A stretch of DNA of 64,000 nucleotides, from positions 8,867 to 72,866 of the forward strand of contig CAZDUA010000003.1 in assembly GCA_964508495.1 (NCBI GenBank), in the 5' to 3' direction. Made by a program: the position numbers and the translations under genes. This document shows positions 7,718-16,872 of the stretch, piece after piece (the stretch's first letter is position 1; the number at the start of each line of letters is the position of its first letter). This stretch comes from an uncultured Methanosarcinales archaeon (GTDB lineage Archaea; Nanobdellota; Nanobdellia; Woesearchaeales; ARS49). The notes under the pieces are model-generated. The model had not been told where the DNA came from, made no database searches, and saw only the letters and a program-made list of their open reading frames with translations.

Positions 7718-9040
7718 ATGCTTCCTGCGTGTGTGAAAACTGAGGTGTGGCGCGAGCTTGTAGAGTCTTTGTCTGCTAAGCTGAAAGCGCCTGTAATTTG
7801 CGGTCCTGCTGTTTTCGGCAAGCTTTCTTTTTTCCAGGAATTAAGAAACAGGCGTACTGACGACCCTTATGCTGACGTTCCTGGCATTAAGTATGCTGTT
7901 GTTGATGTCGATGGCTGTAAGGTTTTTGTCGGCCCTTTTAGGACTGATGAGGCGCATTCTTTTGATGAGGAGCTTGCTGATTCTAGGCAGAAGCTTCCTG
8001 CTTGGAAGGAATATTATCCTGAGCTTATTGAAACTTCTATTAAGGGCGCTGCAACTGCTGGCCGTTCTGCTTTCATTGTTAATGAATCTTTGAATCGTGC
8101 TAAATTATTGTTGGAGTTCTCTCAGGTTGTTGGTCATTCTCAGGACGCTGATAATGCGTTGTATGCTGCTATTGAATTTCTTGCCAGAAAGTTTAAGCTG
8201 AATAACGTTTTTGTTTCTGCTTTTGGCAAGCACGCGCGTCATTTTGACTTGTCCGAGGCGGGCAGGGCTGTTGAACAGCGTATTGTTGCTCAGGTTAAGG
8301 GCAACAAGTCTATTTTTACTATTAATGATGTCCAGTCTGACTTTTTGCTTGATGGTATTAAGGGCAGGGAGAGTTTGCATAAGTGTGTTGTTGGTTTTCC
8401 TTTGACTGTTAATCGCGAGCTTGTTGGTTATTCTGTTGTTTATTCTGAGCTTGTTCCGTCTATTGACAGCATTGCTGAAGTTTTGTACGAGCTTTCCCGC
8501 GTGCTTTCTCGTCTTTCTCATTATGAGAAGGTGCAGGAATCAGCTGTTACTGATGCACTGACTGGTCTTAGTAATCGTGCTGAGCTTGTTAAGAATGTTG
8601 ATGAGATGATTTCAAGGCTTTCCAAGCAGAATCTTCCTATTAGTGTTATGATGATTGATGTTGATAATTTCAAGAATTTTAATGATACCAAGGGTCATCC
8701 CGAGGGCGACCGTATTTTGCGCGCTATTGGAGAGATTATCAAATCCTTGACGCCTAAGGATGGTATTTGCTGCCGTTATGGCGGTGAGGAGTTCATGATT
8801 GTTCTGCCTGTTGCACAGCAAATTGCTAAGGACTTGGCCGAGCAGGTTCGTGTTGATGTTGAGAAGAATTGTACGCTGACCGTCAGCATTGGCTTGATGT
8901 CTTGTATGAATAGTTCTGCTTCAAGGGATACTCTGATAAGAGAGGCTGACCGTGCTTTGTACAGGGCAAAGCATTTAGGTAAGAATAAGGTTGTAGCATA
9001 TTTCATGGTTGACAGGACGCTGGGTGTTATTGATGCGTAG
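7718..9040 (+). CDS. Sensor (GAF-like) diguanylate cyclase, GGDEF domain
   Basis: TDALTGLSNR, IDVDNFKNFND..GHPEGD, RYGGEEF, TVSIG, AD.ALY.AK..GKN; upstream GAF-like segment (VGFPLTVNRELVG). Confidence 0.92.
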   Translation: MLPACVKTEVWRELVESLSAKLKAPVICGPAVFGKLSFFQELRNRRTDDPYADVPGIKYAVVDVDGCKVFVGPFRTDEAHSFDEELADSRQKLPAWKEYYPELIETSIKGAATAGRSAFIVNESLNRAKLLLEFSQVVGHSQDADNALYAAIEFLARKFKLNNVFVSAFGKHARHFDLSEAGRAVEQRIVAQVKGNKSIFTINDVQSDFLLDGIKGRESLHKCVVGFPLTVNRELVGYSVVYSELVPSIDSIAEVLYELSRVLSRLSHYEKVQESAVTDALTGLSNRAELVKNVDEMISRLSKQNLPISVMMIDVDNFKNFNDTKGHPEGDRILRAIGEIIKSLTPKDGICCRYGGEEFMIVLPVAQQIAKDLAEQVRVDVEKNCTLTVSIGLMSCMNSSASRDTLIREADRALYRAKHLGKNKVVAYFMVDRTLGVIDA

Positions 9041-9080
9041 AAAATCTCGTATGAAAATTATTTTTCGTGGAGATTTTCTA
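9038..9080 (+). terminator. Long inverted repeat (putative terminator or RNA hairpin) after the GGDEF gene
   Basis: TAGAAAATCTC (9038-9048) pairs with GAGATTTTCTA (9070-9080); the inner TATGAAAA/TTTTCGTG extends the stem with G:U pairs. Confidence 0.5.
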
Positions 9081-9126
9081 GGCCCAAGAACCGCATATTA
9101 TATTAAATCTGAGGAGGCGGTTCTTG

Positions 9127-9741
9127 ATGCATAAGGAGTATGCTTTGCCTGTTGAATGCTATCATCAGCGTTCTCCTGATACTTGTCTTGCTGCTTGTGT
9201 TAGGATGTCTTTGCATTATTTTGGTGACAAGATTGATGAGTTGAAATTTTATCACAAAGCGAGATTCGGTCCTAAATATCCTGGCTTATGCGATGTCTGC
9301 ATTGCTTTGCCTTTAATCAAGCGTGGCTATTCAGTAATCTCATACTGGAATGGTCATCTTGAGGATTGGGGTGTTTGGACTTCTGAGCTTTCTGAACTGT
9401 ATTCTACTCATGAGGCTGCTGCTTTTAAGACCGGGAAGTATCATCGTCGTGCTAATGCTTCCCCTGAGTTGATTAAGAAGTTTTTGATTGGCGGAATTCC
9501 TGTTATTGCTGAAGTTCTCGCCGGCAAATTCTACAGAACAAGAGAAATCGGCACGCATATGATTTTAATTAGAGGATTTGATAAGCACGGCTTTTTGATT
9601 TGTGATCCTTGGGGCATGCAGCATTTTGTTTCTTATGAACACTTCCAAAAAGCATGGGTGCCTAGTAAGAAGTTTGGCAAGAGTATGATTGTTGTTTTGC
9701 CTATTTCGAAGTCAGAATTTCCACAACGTCTCGGTGTTTGA
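9127..9741 (+). CDS. Peptidase C39-like cysteine protease family protein
   Basis: Q-x5-C motif (QRSPDTCLAAC), GIPVI, HMILIRGFD, DPW. Confidence 0.8.
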   Translation: MHKEYALPVECYHQRSPDTCLAACVRMSLHYFGDKIDELKFYHKARFGPKYPGLCDVCIALPLIKRGYSVISYWNGHLEDWGVWTSELSELYSTHEAAAFKTGKYHRRANASPELIKKFLIGGIPVIAEVLAGKFYRTREIGTHMILIRGFDKHGFLICDPWGMQHFVSYEHFQKAWVPSKKFGKSMIVVLPISKSEFPQRLGV

Positions 9742-10894
9742 GCGGTGTTTCTTTTCCTATTTTTCGTTTTGTTTTGACGTCTATTGCTGCTACGAAATTT
9801 TTGGCCAAATCAGTATGAATATGTGCTGCAAAGTCCAGTGCTGTGCTTGTGGGCGGCAATAAGAAGCAGTCCGGTAGTATTCTTCCTTGCGAGTCTCCTA
9901 GTTTTCCTACTCCTCCTGGAAATATTGCGAGATATTTTAGTAATTGCAAAACTGCGATATCGAGCGCGTTCTGCACTCCCGTGCTTCCATAATTGTCGAG
10001 TACTTTGTGTTTGATGAAATTTAAGGCTTGTTTTTGTTTGTCATTGAGTTTATCGCTCATTTCAAAATCTTTTTCTCCGGGTGTGTACTTGATGAGTCCT
10101 GCTTTTGCTGCTTCTTTTAGTGCAAGTTCTGAGTCTCCTGAGCAGGGTATTATGATATAATCAGGAAACAGTTTTTTGCATCTTTCTAAGTTTTCATTTG
10201 CTGTTGGCAGGTCCATTTTGTTAGCAACAATCAGCATCGGCTTCGTTCTTTTTCTGATGTACCTGGCTAAATCGAGTAAGTTCTGGTCCGTCCACTGGCT
10301 TGGTTTTTGTGGGTCTAGTTTCAATGCTGACATGGATTCTTCTACTATTGGATCAGTGACGTTCAGCCCGCTTAGCTGTTTTGCCATTGCTGTTGATAGT
10401 TTTGTTTTTTCCGTTGTTATTGTTCTTGCAAACCTGTCCCATCCTCGATGTATTATGCCTAGTATCCACATGTCGAGTTCTATTTCCAAAAATCTTATGT
10501 CGAATGCGGGATCATAGCTTCCTGGTTGTATTGGCTCTCCTTTCTCGCTTGTCGTGCCTGCCATGTCTACAACATGGATGAAAACATCTGCCTGTCTCAA
10601 ATCATCAAGGAACTGGTTTCCCATTCCTTTTCCTTCGTGTGCTCCGGGGACTAGTCCTGCTACGTCAAGTACTTCTATTGGCACGAATCTTTTATTATTG
10701 ACGCAATACCCGTATCTCGGATTGCACTGTACTCCTAGTTCTTTGTCCACGCAGTCTATTTTGATGAACGCGAATGCCCTGTTTGGTTTTATTGTTGCGA
10801 ATGGATAGTTTGCTATTAGCGCTTCTGCTAGTGTCGCTGCTTTGAAAAACGTGCTCTTGCCTACATTTGCTTTTCCTACTATTCCTACTAGCAT
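9701..10894 (-). CDS. ychF: YchF/Obg-family ATPase (archaeal type, TGS domain)
   Basis: GIVGKANVGKST, ANYPFATI, DVAGLV.GA..G.G.GNQFL, NKMD, IHTD. Confidence 0.93.
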   Translation of the reverse strand: MLVGIVGKANVGKSTFFKAATLAEALIANYPFATIKPNRAFAFIKIDCVDKELGVQCNPRYGYCVNNKRFVPIEVLDVAGLVPGAHEGKGMGNQFLDDLRQADVFIHVVDMAGTTSEKGEPIQPGSYDPAFDIRFLEIELDMWILGIIHRGWDRFARTITTEKTKLSTAMAKQLSGLNVTDPIVEESMSALKLDPQKPSQWTDQNLLDLARYIRKRTKPMLIVANKMDLPTANENLERCKKLFPDYIIIPCSGDSELALKEAAKAGLIKYTPGEKDFEMSDKLNDKQKQALNFIKHKVLDNYGSTGVQNALDIAVLQLLKYLAIFPGGVGKLGDSQGRILPDCFLLPPTSTALDFAAHIHTDLAKNFVAAIDVKTKRKIGKETPLKHRDVVEILTSK

Positions 10895-10972
10895 ATTTTG
10901 TGCTCCGACTACGGTGCTTTATTAAATTTGTCCCCCGCTACGTTTATAAACCTGAGTTCTTTTAATTCTAGT

Positions 10973-11602
10973 ATGGCATTCCAGCAGTCGACTGAAAACC
11001 CTATTAAGCATCGTTTCTTGGATTTTGGCAAGGATCGTATTGAGATTGCTAACTGGGTTGTTCAGGTGCGTGATGCGTACAATCTTTCTTATGTGTACAC
11101 GATGATTCATGATTGGATTTGTGAGGAGGGCTGGGCTGATCGTGATGATTCTCTTTTTCCTGAGACTTATTACATGCAGCGTGAGAATCCTGCTTTTGGC
11201 AAGGAGATTTGGTTGAGGTGGCGTTTGACTAAGAAGCCTCCGGGCGGAAAGGGCGAATTGTTCAATTATATGTTGGACTTGGACTGGAAGGTTATTGGTT
11301 TGAAAGATACTGAGATTGCTTGGAAGGGCCAGAAAGTAAAAGCTGATAGGAGCGAGTTCGAGCTTACTTGTCGTGGCGCTCTTGTTATTGATAAGACTAG
11401 GCAGTGGAAGTCGTGGCCTTTTTCTGAGATTAAGGAGCTGTACATTAGGCGTACTTTGAGGCACAGCGTTTCAATGCATCGTAAGAACATTTATGCTGAT
11501 GCTTACAGGCTTCGTGATATTGTTATGAACTATTTGAAGCTTGAGACGTTCATGCCTGTTAAGGAAGGCGGCGAGATGTACTTGAAGAGAACGCTTGAGT
11601 AA
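10973..11602 (+). CDS. Conserved hypothetical protein (paralogue 1 of tandem triplet)
   Basis: ATG 23 nt after TTTATAAA (10943-10950); shares the K-D-x-E-(I/V)-x-x-x-G-x-K-x-K and L-x-x-D patterns with the next two ORFs. Confidence 0.75.
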   Translation: MAFQQSTENPIKHRFLDFGKDRIEIANWVVQVRDAYNLSYVYTMIHDWICEEGWADRDDSLFPETYYMQRENPAFGKEIWLRWRLTKKPPGGKGELFNYMLDLDWKVIGLKDTEIAWKGQKVKADRSEFELTCRGALVIDKTRQWKSWPFSEIKELYIRRTLRHSVSMHRKNIYADAYRLRDIVMNYLKLETFMPVKEGGEMYLKRTLE

Positions 11603-11641
11603 CTACAAACCTTTATAAATGGTTTTTCTTCTTGTTTTATT

Positions 11642-12157
11642 ATGCCAAAGTTTGACCAGCCTGTCACTTTAGTCAAGCACCGTGGTTTCTTTAATTATTC
11701 TGAATTGTCGCAGGCCATTCGCAAGTGGTATATTGATGATGATTATGAAGTTTTGAACATGCCTATGTATAAGCAAAAATTTCCAACTACGACTGGCGTT
11801 GAGCACGAGTTTAAGATTCACGGCGAGAAGAACGTTACTGAGTATGTTAAGTTTCACATGGACGTTTTTATACGTATTTACAATATGCGTGATGTTGAGA
11901 TTATTCATGAGGGCAAGAAGTTGAAAATGCAGGAGGGTCAGGTCCAGGTTGAGGTTATTCCTGTTCTTGAGCTTGATTGGCAGAGTCGTTTTAAGGGTCC
12001 TAAGCCTTGGAAGGATTTTTTGTCTGCTTTGGACGAGTTTTACAGGAATTACATTATTAAATACAAGATTGTTGACTACTGGGAAGATATGGTTTTGTTG
12101 AAGAGCTCTCAACTCGCGAGGGTTATTAAAGAGGCGCTTGGTCAAGAGGTTATCTGA
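11642..12157 (+). CDS. Conserved hypothetical protein (paralogue 2)
   Basis: ATG 23 nt after TTTATAAA (11612-11619); MRDVEIIHEGKKLKMQEG, LELDWQSRF. Confidence 0.78.
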   Translation: MPKFDQPVTLVKHRGFFNYSELSQAIRKWYIDDDYEVLNMPMYKQKFPTTTGVEHEFKIHGEKNVTEYVKFHMDVFIRIYNMRDVEIIHEGKKLKMQEGQVQVEVIPVLELDWQSRFKGPKPWKDFLSALDEFYRNYIIKYKIVDYWEDMVLLKSSQLARVIKEALGQEVI

Positions 12158-12660
12158 TGGCAGAAAGGCTTATTGTAGTGGACAAGGAAAGGCTTGACTA
12201 CGCTGGCTTGTTTGATGCCAAGGAAGTTCTTCGTGTTATGCAGCAGTGGTCTGCTGATAAGGGTTATTGGCTTATTGAGAAGCGCCATGGCGAAACTACA
12301 AAGCCGGAAGGTAAAGTTATAGACTTTGATTTTGAGCCTTTCAGGAAGTTTACTGATTATGCGAAGAGTATTATTAAGATTCGCGCGCAATTTCAGGACG
12401 TTAAGGATGTTGTTGTTGAGAAGGATGGGAGAAAAGTTAAGCTTCAGGAGGGCAGGATTGTTATTATTTTGGACGGAATTCTTGAGACTGATTATGAGGG
12501 CAGGTGGGAGAGCAAGCCGGTGTTTTATGTTCTGCGCACTCTTTTTGAGAAGTATGTTTACACTCCTTTTGTCAGCGGTTTTGAGCGCGGGGTGAAAGAG
12601 GACGTGATGGCTTTGAAGAATAATCTCAAGGCTTTCTTGAACCTCACTCGTTATGCGTGA
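12157..12660 (+). CDS. Conserved hypothetical protein (paralogue 3)
   Basis: TGATG-coupled to paralogue 2; VKDVVVEKDGRKVKLQEG, LETDYEGRW. Confidence 0.78.
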   Translation: MAERLIVVDKERLDYAGLFDAKEVLRVMQQWSADKGYWLIEKRHGETTKPEGKVIDFDFEPFRKFTDYAKSIIKIRAQFQDVKDVVVEKDGRKVKLQEGRIVIILDGILETDYEGRWESKPVFYVLRTLFEKYVYTPFVSGFERGVKEDVMALKNNLKAFLNLTRYA

Positions 12661-13402
12661 TGAGCTTTTCAAGGCAGTTTGGCGTTTGTGCGAGTTGTTT
12701 CCTCAGCTTCGTCCGGCGATAAAGTATTCTGAAGTTCTTAATCAGGAAGATGTTGATTTATTCGCTGCTTTTGCGAATGGTCACGTTCAGCAGGTATTGC
12801 ATGATTTTCCTACTGATGAGAAAGCGCAGGATGAGCGGGTTTCTCTTTTCTTGCAGGGCTCTACTGGTCTTTCAAGAGTTCGCGAAGCTGATGTTCAGCT
12901 TGTAAGTTCTATCTTGACCGCGGCATCCGGCAATGATACTGGTATTTCTCCTGACATGCGTGACTTGGTCGACTTCTTGCGTGCGCATAAGAGGATTTGG
13001 TGGAGCTTGCATGGTGCTTATGAGAAGATTGTGAAGAACAATGTTGTTGGCACTTGTCCTGTTGTTGTTGCCAGTCCTCCTCTTATTGACCGTATTCTTC
13101 CTTTTGGTTCTAAAATGCACAAGTTTCAGGAATTTCACAAGCTCTTCCATGAGAGCGTTCATTTTGTTCTTGAAGAGAACGGCATTTGTTTTCATGACGC
13201 AGATCTTGATGAGGGGATAGTTACTTATTTCCACCAGCAGGTTGCGGGTAAGAGTGTTTGTGCTTTGCATTATGTTGGTGATGATGGCGCGCGTTATCTG
13301 AAAAATGCTGCTTTGTTTGAGAAATATTTTTCTGGATATTCACGCGAGAACGTTATTCCTGCGCTGAAGCATTTGAGGGTTGAAGACCTTAAAGTTCTAT
13401 GA
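12653..13402 (+). CDS. Hypothetical protein with gluzincin-like HExxH...E motif
   Basis: FHESVH followed by DEGIVTY; 8-nt overlap with the upstream gene; host-like codon usage. Confidence 0.6.
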   Translation: MRDELFKAVWRLCELFPQLRPAIKYSEVLNQEDVDLFAAFANGHVQQVLHDFPTDEKAQDERVSLFLQGSTGLSRVREADVQLVSSILTAASGNDTGISPDMRDLVDFLRAHKRIWWSLHGAYEKIVKNNVVGTCPVVVASPPLIDRILPFGSKMHKFQEFHKLFHESVHFVLEENGICFHDADLDEGIVTYFHQQVAGKSVCALHYVGDDGARYLKNAALFEKYFSGYSRENVIPALKHLRVEDLKVL

Positions 13403-13985
13403 GTTTGCCTTTTCTGCCGACGTTTATCACGATCGTATTTCCTATTTTTTCTTCTATGCCTTCTGCTTCGTGAACGTGTCCGCATAATACTATGTCTGGT
13501 TTTGTTGCTTCTATTGCTTTTCTTAGTCCTATGCTTCCTTTGACGTATTGTGAGAATGATTCCATTAAAGTGCCTGCTGGGTGTATGTGGGTTACGAGCA
13601 CTTTCTTTGTCGTTTTTGCCTGAGCGTTTACATGTTTGACTGTATCATAAATCTCTTTTTCTGTTAGCATGTGCATTCCCGCGTTTGTTCCGCCGCATCC
13701 TAGTATGTCTACATTTCCATGCTGTATGCTCTTTCCGTGCAAGTTCGGCACGTTGTATTGTGCTGATAGGAAGTCTGTTGCCAGCCAGTCATGGTTTCCT
13801 GGTACTAAGAAGACCGGCTTTCCTGTTTTGACGAAGTGGTGCATTATTCCTGCTGTGTCGTCTTCTTCTACTATGTCGCCGTTTAGAATTATAATGTCCG
13901 CGTTTTCTTTTACAGCTTTTTCTGCTAGGTAGAGCGCTTGTCTTTTGTCACCGTGGAAGTCTCCTGCTGCGAATATTCTTACCAT
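13389..13985 (-). CDS. Metallophosphoesterase (calcineurin-like, Icc-related)
   Basis: DFHG, GDI, PGNHD, THIHP, GHVHE. Confidence 0.9.
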   Translation of the reverse strand: MVRIFAAGDFHGDKRQALYLAEKAVKENADIIILNGDIVEEDDTAGIMHHFVKTGKPVFLVPGNHDWLATDFLSAQYNVPNLHGKSIQHGNVDILGCGGTNAGMHMLTEKEIYDTVKHVNAQAKTTKKVLVTHIHPAGTLMESFSQYVKGSIGLRKAIEATKPDIVLCGHVHEAEGIEEKIGNTIVINVGRKGKLIEL

Positions 13986-14024
13986 AAATGTATATTCTCT
14001 AGTATCTATTTAAAAGATTATCGC

Positions 14025-14675
14025 TTACCAGAAGAAGAATCGTCTTTTATTTTTTCTAACTAGTTTATTTAACTCAAGTTCTAATTGCCCTGCATTCGGA
14101 AATCTTGCTTCGTCTTTTTTGAATTGTGGGCTGTGATGCAAATGTCTGCCGGGTTTTGCTGTGTATTGGTGTTTCTTGTGCAGCATTTCGTGGTACATTA
14201 CGTAATCTCTCAGTTCTGTATTTTCCATTAATATTGAGCTGATTGTTATCGTGTCTGTCGCGTACTCGTATGTTCCCAGCCTGTTAACGCCTTTTCCTAT
14301 TTTGAGGTTTGTCTGCATCATCATTCCGTTGAAGAACATCTCATTAACTCTCTTGAAGCTTTCTTCCAAAACCGGATGCGTGTGAGTTTTGGGTGCTACT
14401 GTTGACAAACTTTTTATGAAGTTGTGGTACAAATCAATGTTGATTGTTGGTCTTTTCGTTTTGAATAATCTGACTAAAAGTTCTTGGTACAGCCCTTTTT
14501 GTATGTCTGGGCTTACTCCTTTCCATTTTTTGCTCGCGTTGACCGTTATCGTTTCCACGTTCATTCTTATGTTTGCGTTGTATCCTTTGAATTTCCCGCT
14601 GTATTGCAGAATTAGCTGTCTTTGTTCGCTTTTTTCCGGGTATATTTCTTGGTATGCTTGTTCTAGTATGTTCAT
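14025..14675 (-). CDS. SprT/YgjP-like zinc metallopeptidase domain protein
   Basis: LGTYEY..D.I.IS, YVMYHEMLH, HH..F. Confidence 0.7.
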   Translation of the reverse strand: MNILEQAYQEIYPEKSEQRQLILQYSGKFKGYNANIRMNVETITVNASKKWKGVSPDIQKGLYQELLVRLFKTKRPTINIDLYHNFIKSLSTVAPKTHTHPVLEESFKRVNEMFFNGMMMQTNLKIGKGVNRLGTYEYATDTITISSILMENTELRDYVMYHEMLHKKHQYTAKPGRHLHHSPQFKKDEARFPNAGQLELELNKLVRKNKRRFFFW

Positions 14676-15769
14676 TCTATCGGGTATCTGAGCAGTGCTC
14701 CTATTTTTCCTATGTCTCTTAGTTGTACTCCTTCTCTTGTTTGTGTGGATATTATTTTTATTTCTGTTGAGAACGCTTTTGCTGTCATTTCGAATTGTTC
14801 TATTTTTTGTTCGTCAAGCGCTTCTGATAATAGTAATGTTGCTACTGCTCCCATTTCGAGTGCTTTCAGGGTGTTTGCTTCTCCGTATGTTACCATGTCC
14901 GGCTTTATTGCAAGAGTTTCTAAGAACTTGCTGACTAGTTTTTTTTCTTCTGCTACTTCTTCATGTGCTAGTACGTCTGTGCTTTTTTCTAAAAGCTCTT
15001 CCAGTCCAAATTCTTCAGTATAACTCAAATCCTTGATCGCGATTATCTTTCGTTTGACTTCTTCTGTTATGTGTCCGCTGGCTACAAAATCGTATTTTGT
15101 TGGTCCTGGCCCGCCTACAAGTATGCCCTTGAGCCCTTCCATTTTCAGAAATTGGGCTTTTACTATGTCTGCTACTTTCTTAAAGTGCTCATTAACTGCA
15201 ATTTCTCTGTTGCGTGCAAATCTTACGCTTGATTGTCCCCCTGCTTTCATTTTTCCTGGTATGTGCGAGTGTGTTGAGATTAATGGAATAATCGTTTTTC
15301 CTTTTAAGATCGCAATTGTCGCATCTCTGGAGTCTAAAACTATCATTCCGTACGCTTCTTTTGTTTCCATCATTTCTTTTAGTATGTCTATCTGGAAGTT
15401 TTTGTCGCACCTGTACATTCTTGTTTGAACGGGGATTGGTGGTTCTATTCCCCAGACTCTTACGTCTGTCGCTCCTTCTCTTGCTGCCACGTTTCCTGAG
15501 AATACGGCCATTCCGTTTTTTGGCGTGCTTTTGTATAGTCTGAGGTGGACTATCATTCTTTCAAGCGCGTCTATAACGTTTTTTCTTGTTTGCGCGCTTT
15601 TGATGTTTGTTGCAGTGCCCTGTTCTTGTTGTAAGTGTTGTATTATTTTGTTCAAGTCATAGCCTGCTGGAATGTAAACGGTGACAAATTCGGTATGGCG
15701 CGCGCTATACGACTCTAGTTCTTTTATCAGCTTTTTTAGGTGGAATTTTTCGTTTTCCGTGATGCCCAT
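14672..15769 (-). CDS. prf1: Peptide chain release factor aRF1
   Basis: NIKS, YRCD (YxCxxxF), GGQS, GGPG, ALLRY. Confidence 0.97.
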   Translation of the reverse strand: MGITENEKFHLKKLIKELESYSARHTEFVTVYIPAGYDLNKIIQHLQQEQGTATNIKSAQTRKNVIDALERMIVHLRLYKSTPKNGMAVFSGNVAAREGATDVRVWGIEPPIPVQTRMYRCDKNFQIDILKEMMETKEAYGMIVLDSRDATIAILKGKTIIPLISTHSHIPGKMKAGGQSSVRFARNREIAVNEHFKKVADIVKAQFLKMEGLKGILVGGPGPTKYDFVASGHITEEVKRKIIAIKDLSYTEEFGLEELLEKSTDVLAHEEVAEEKKLVSKFLETLAIKPDMVTYGEANTLKALEMGAVATLLLSEALDEQKIEQFEMTAKAFSTEIKIISTQTREGVQLRDIGKIGALLRYPIE

Positions 15770-15852
15770 TTTGTGTACTTTGCTCTATCGTGCTATATAT
15801 AAAGTCTTTCTCTAGAAACCTTTTTAAATAGTTCGAGGTTTTCCTTCGTTAC

Positions 15853-16158
15853 ATGGCAGATGCACAGAAGGGTTTGGGTATTGTTAATCGTTTTGGAACG
15901 CGTTATGGCTGGACTTTGAAGCGCAAGCTTGCTAAGATTGAGGTTGAGCAGAAGAAGGACCATAAGTGCCCGTACTGTTCCAAGCTTAAGGTTCATCGTG
16001 TTTCTTTTGGTATTTGGCTGTGTGACAAGTGCAATAGCAAGTTTACAGCGCGTGCTTACACTGTTGGTACTAAATTGAGTCTTGTTGAGCAGGCTGCGCA
16101 GATGGTTGCTGAAGCTCCTGAAATCCGTTCAAAGAAGTCTGTTGAGGAAGAAGAGTAA
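15853..16158 (+). CDS. rpl37ae: 50S ribosomal protein L37ae (eL43)
   Basis: RFGTRYG, CPYC...GIWLCDKC, AY; C-terminal extension. Confidence 0.95.
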   Translation: MADAQKGLGIVNRFGTRYGWTLKRKLAKIEVEQKKDHKCPYCSKLKVHRVSFGIWLCDKCNSKFTARAYTVGTKLSLVEQAAQMVAEAPEIRSKKSVEEEE

Positions 16159-16163
16159 TAAAA

Positions 16164-16301
16164 ATGGTAAAGTATACTTGTTTTTTGTGTGGTAAGAAGA
16201 TATCTGAAGAGATGATGGGCAAGCGTGTTCGCTGTCCGTACTGTGGTAGTAAGGTTTTATACAAGTCACGTTCTGTTGCAACTAAGGTCAAAGCAATATG
16301 A
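16164..16301 (+). CDS. rpoP: DNA-directed RNA polymerase subunit P (Rpo12); not in the ORF track
   Basis: MVKYTCFLCGKKISEEMMGKRVRCPYCGSKVLYKSRSVATKVKAI*; conserved position between rpl37ae and prefoldin beta. Confidence 0.93.
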   Translation: MVKYTCFLCGKKISEEMMGKRVRCPYCGSKVLYKSRSVATKVKAI

Positions 16302-16627
16302 GTTTGTCTAAGGATGCACAAGAGAGCATTCAGCGTTTGCAAATGATGGAGCAGAACATGCAGTCTTTGAATATGCAGAAGCAGCAGTTTCAGGCTCAAT
16401 TGTTCGAGTTGGAGAGCGCGTTGAAGGAAGTTTTTACTGCTCCGGCTGTTTTTAAGATTGTTGGCGGCATTATGATTGGCACTGATAAGTCTGTTTTGCA
16501 GCAGGAAATGCAGGGTAAGAAGGAGCTTGTTGAGTTGCGCTTGCAGACTTTGGAAAAGCAGGAAACTCAATTGAAAGATAAGGCTAAGAGATTGCAGGAA
16601 GAAGTTCTTGCCAGCGTTAAGGAGTGA
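16298..16627 (+). CDS. pfdB: Prefoldin beta subunit
   Basis: Coiled coil, VFKIVGGIMI hairpin, second coiled coil; gene context. Confidence 0.92.
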   Translation: MSLSKDAQESIQRLQMMEQNMQSLNMQKQQFQAQLFELESALKEVFTAPAVFKIVGGIMIGTDKSVLQQEMQGKKELVELRLQTLEKQETQLKDKAKRLQEEVLASVKE

Positions 16628-16872
16628 GTGACATGGATGCTTTGCAGCAGGTGATTTTTGCTCTTCGGGAGCTCGAACAGGATTCTTCTACTACTAAGAA
16701 TGTTAAGTCAAAGCTTGCTTCAACTTTGAAGGTTTTGAACACTGATGGTGAGCTTTCAATTAAGGTTAGTAAGGCTTTGCACGAGCTTGAAGTGTTGTCT
16801 GAGGATTCTAACGTTCAGTCTTATACTAGAACTCAGATTTTTAATATTGTCAGTCTGCTCGAAGTCGTATGA
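16624..16872 (+). CDS. UPF0147 family protein
   Basis: D.STTKNV, L..LSEDSN..SYTRTQIFNIVS.LE signature. Confidence 0.85.
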   Translation: MSDMDALQQVIFALRELEQDSSTTKNVKSKLASTLKVLNTDGELSIKVSKALHELEVLSEDSNVQSYTRTQIFNIVSLLEVV

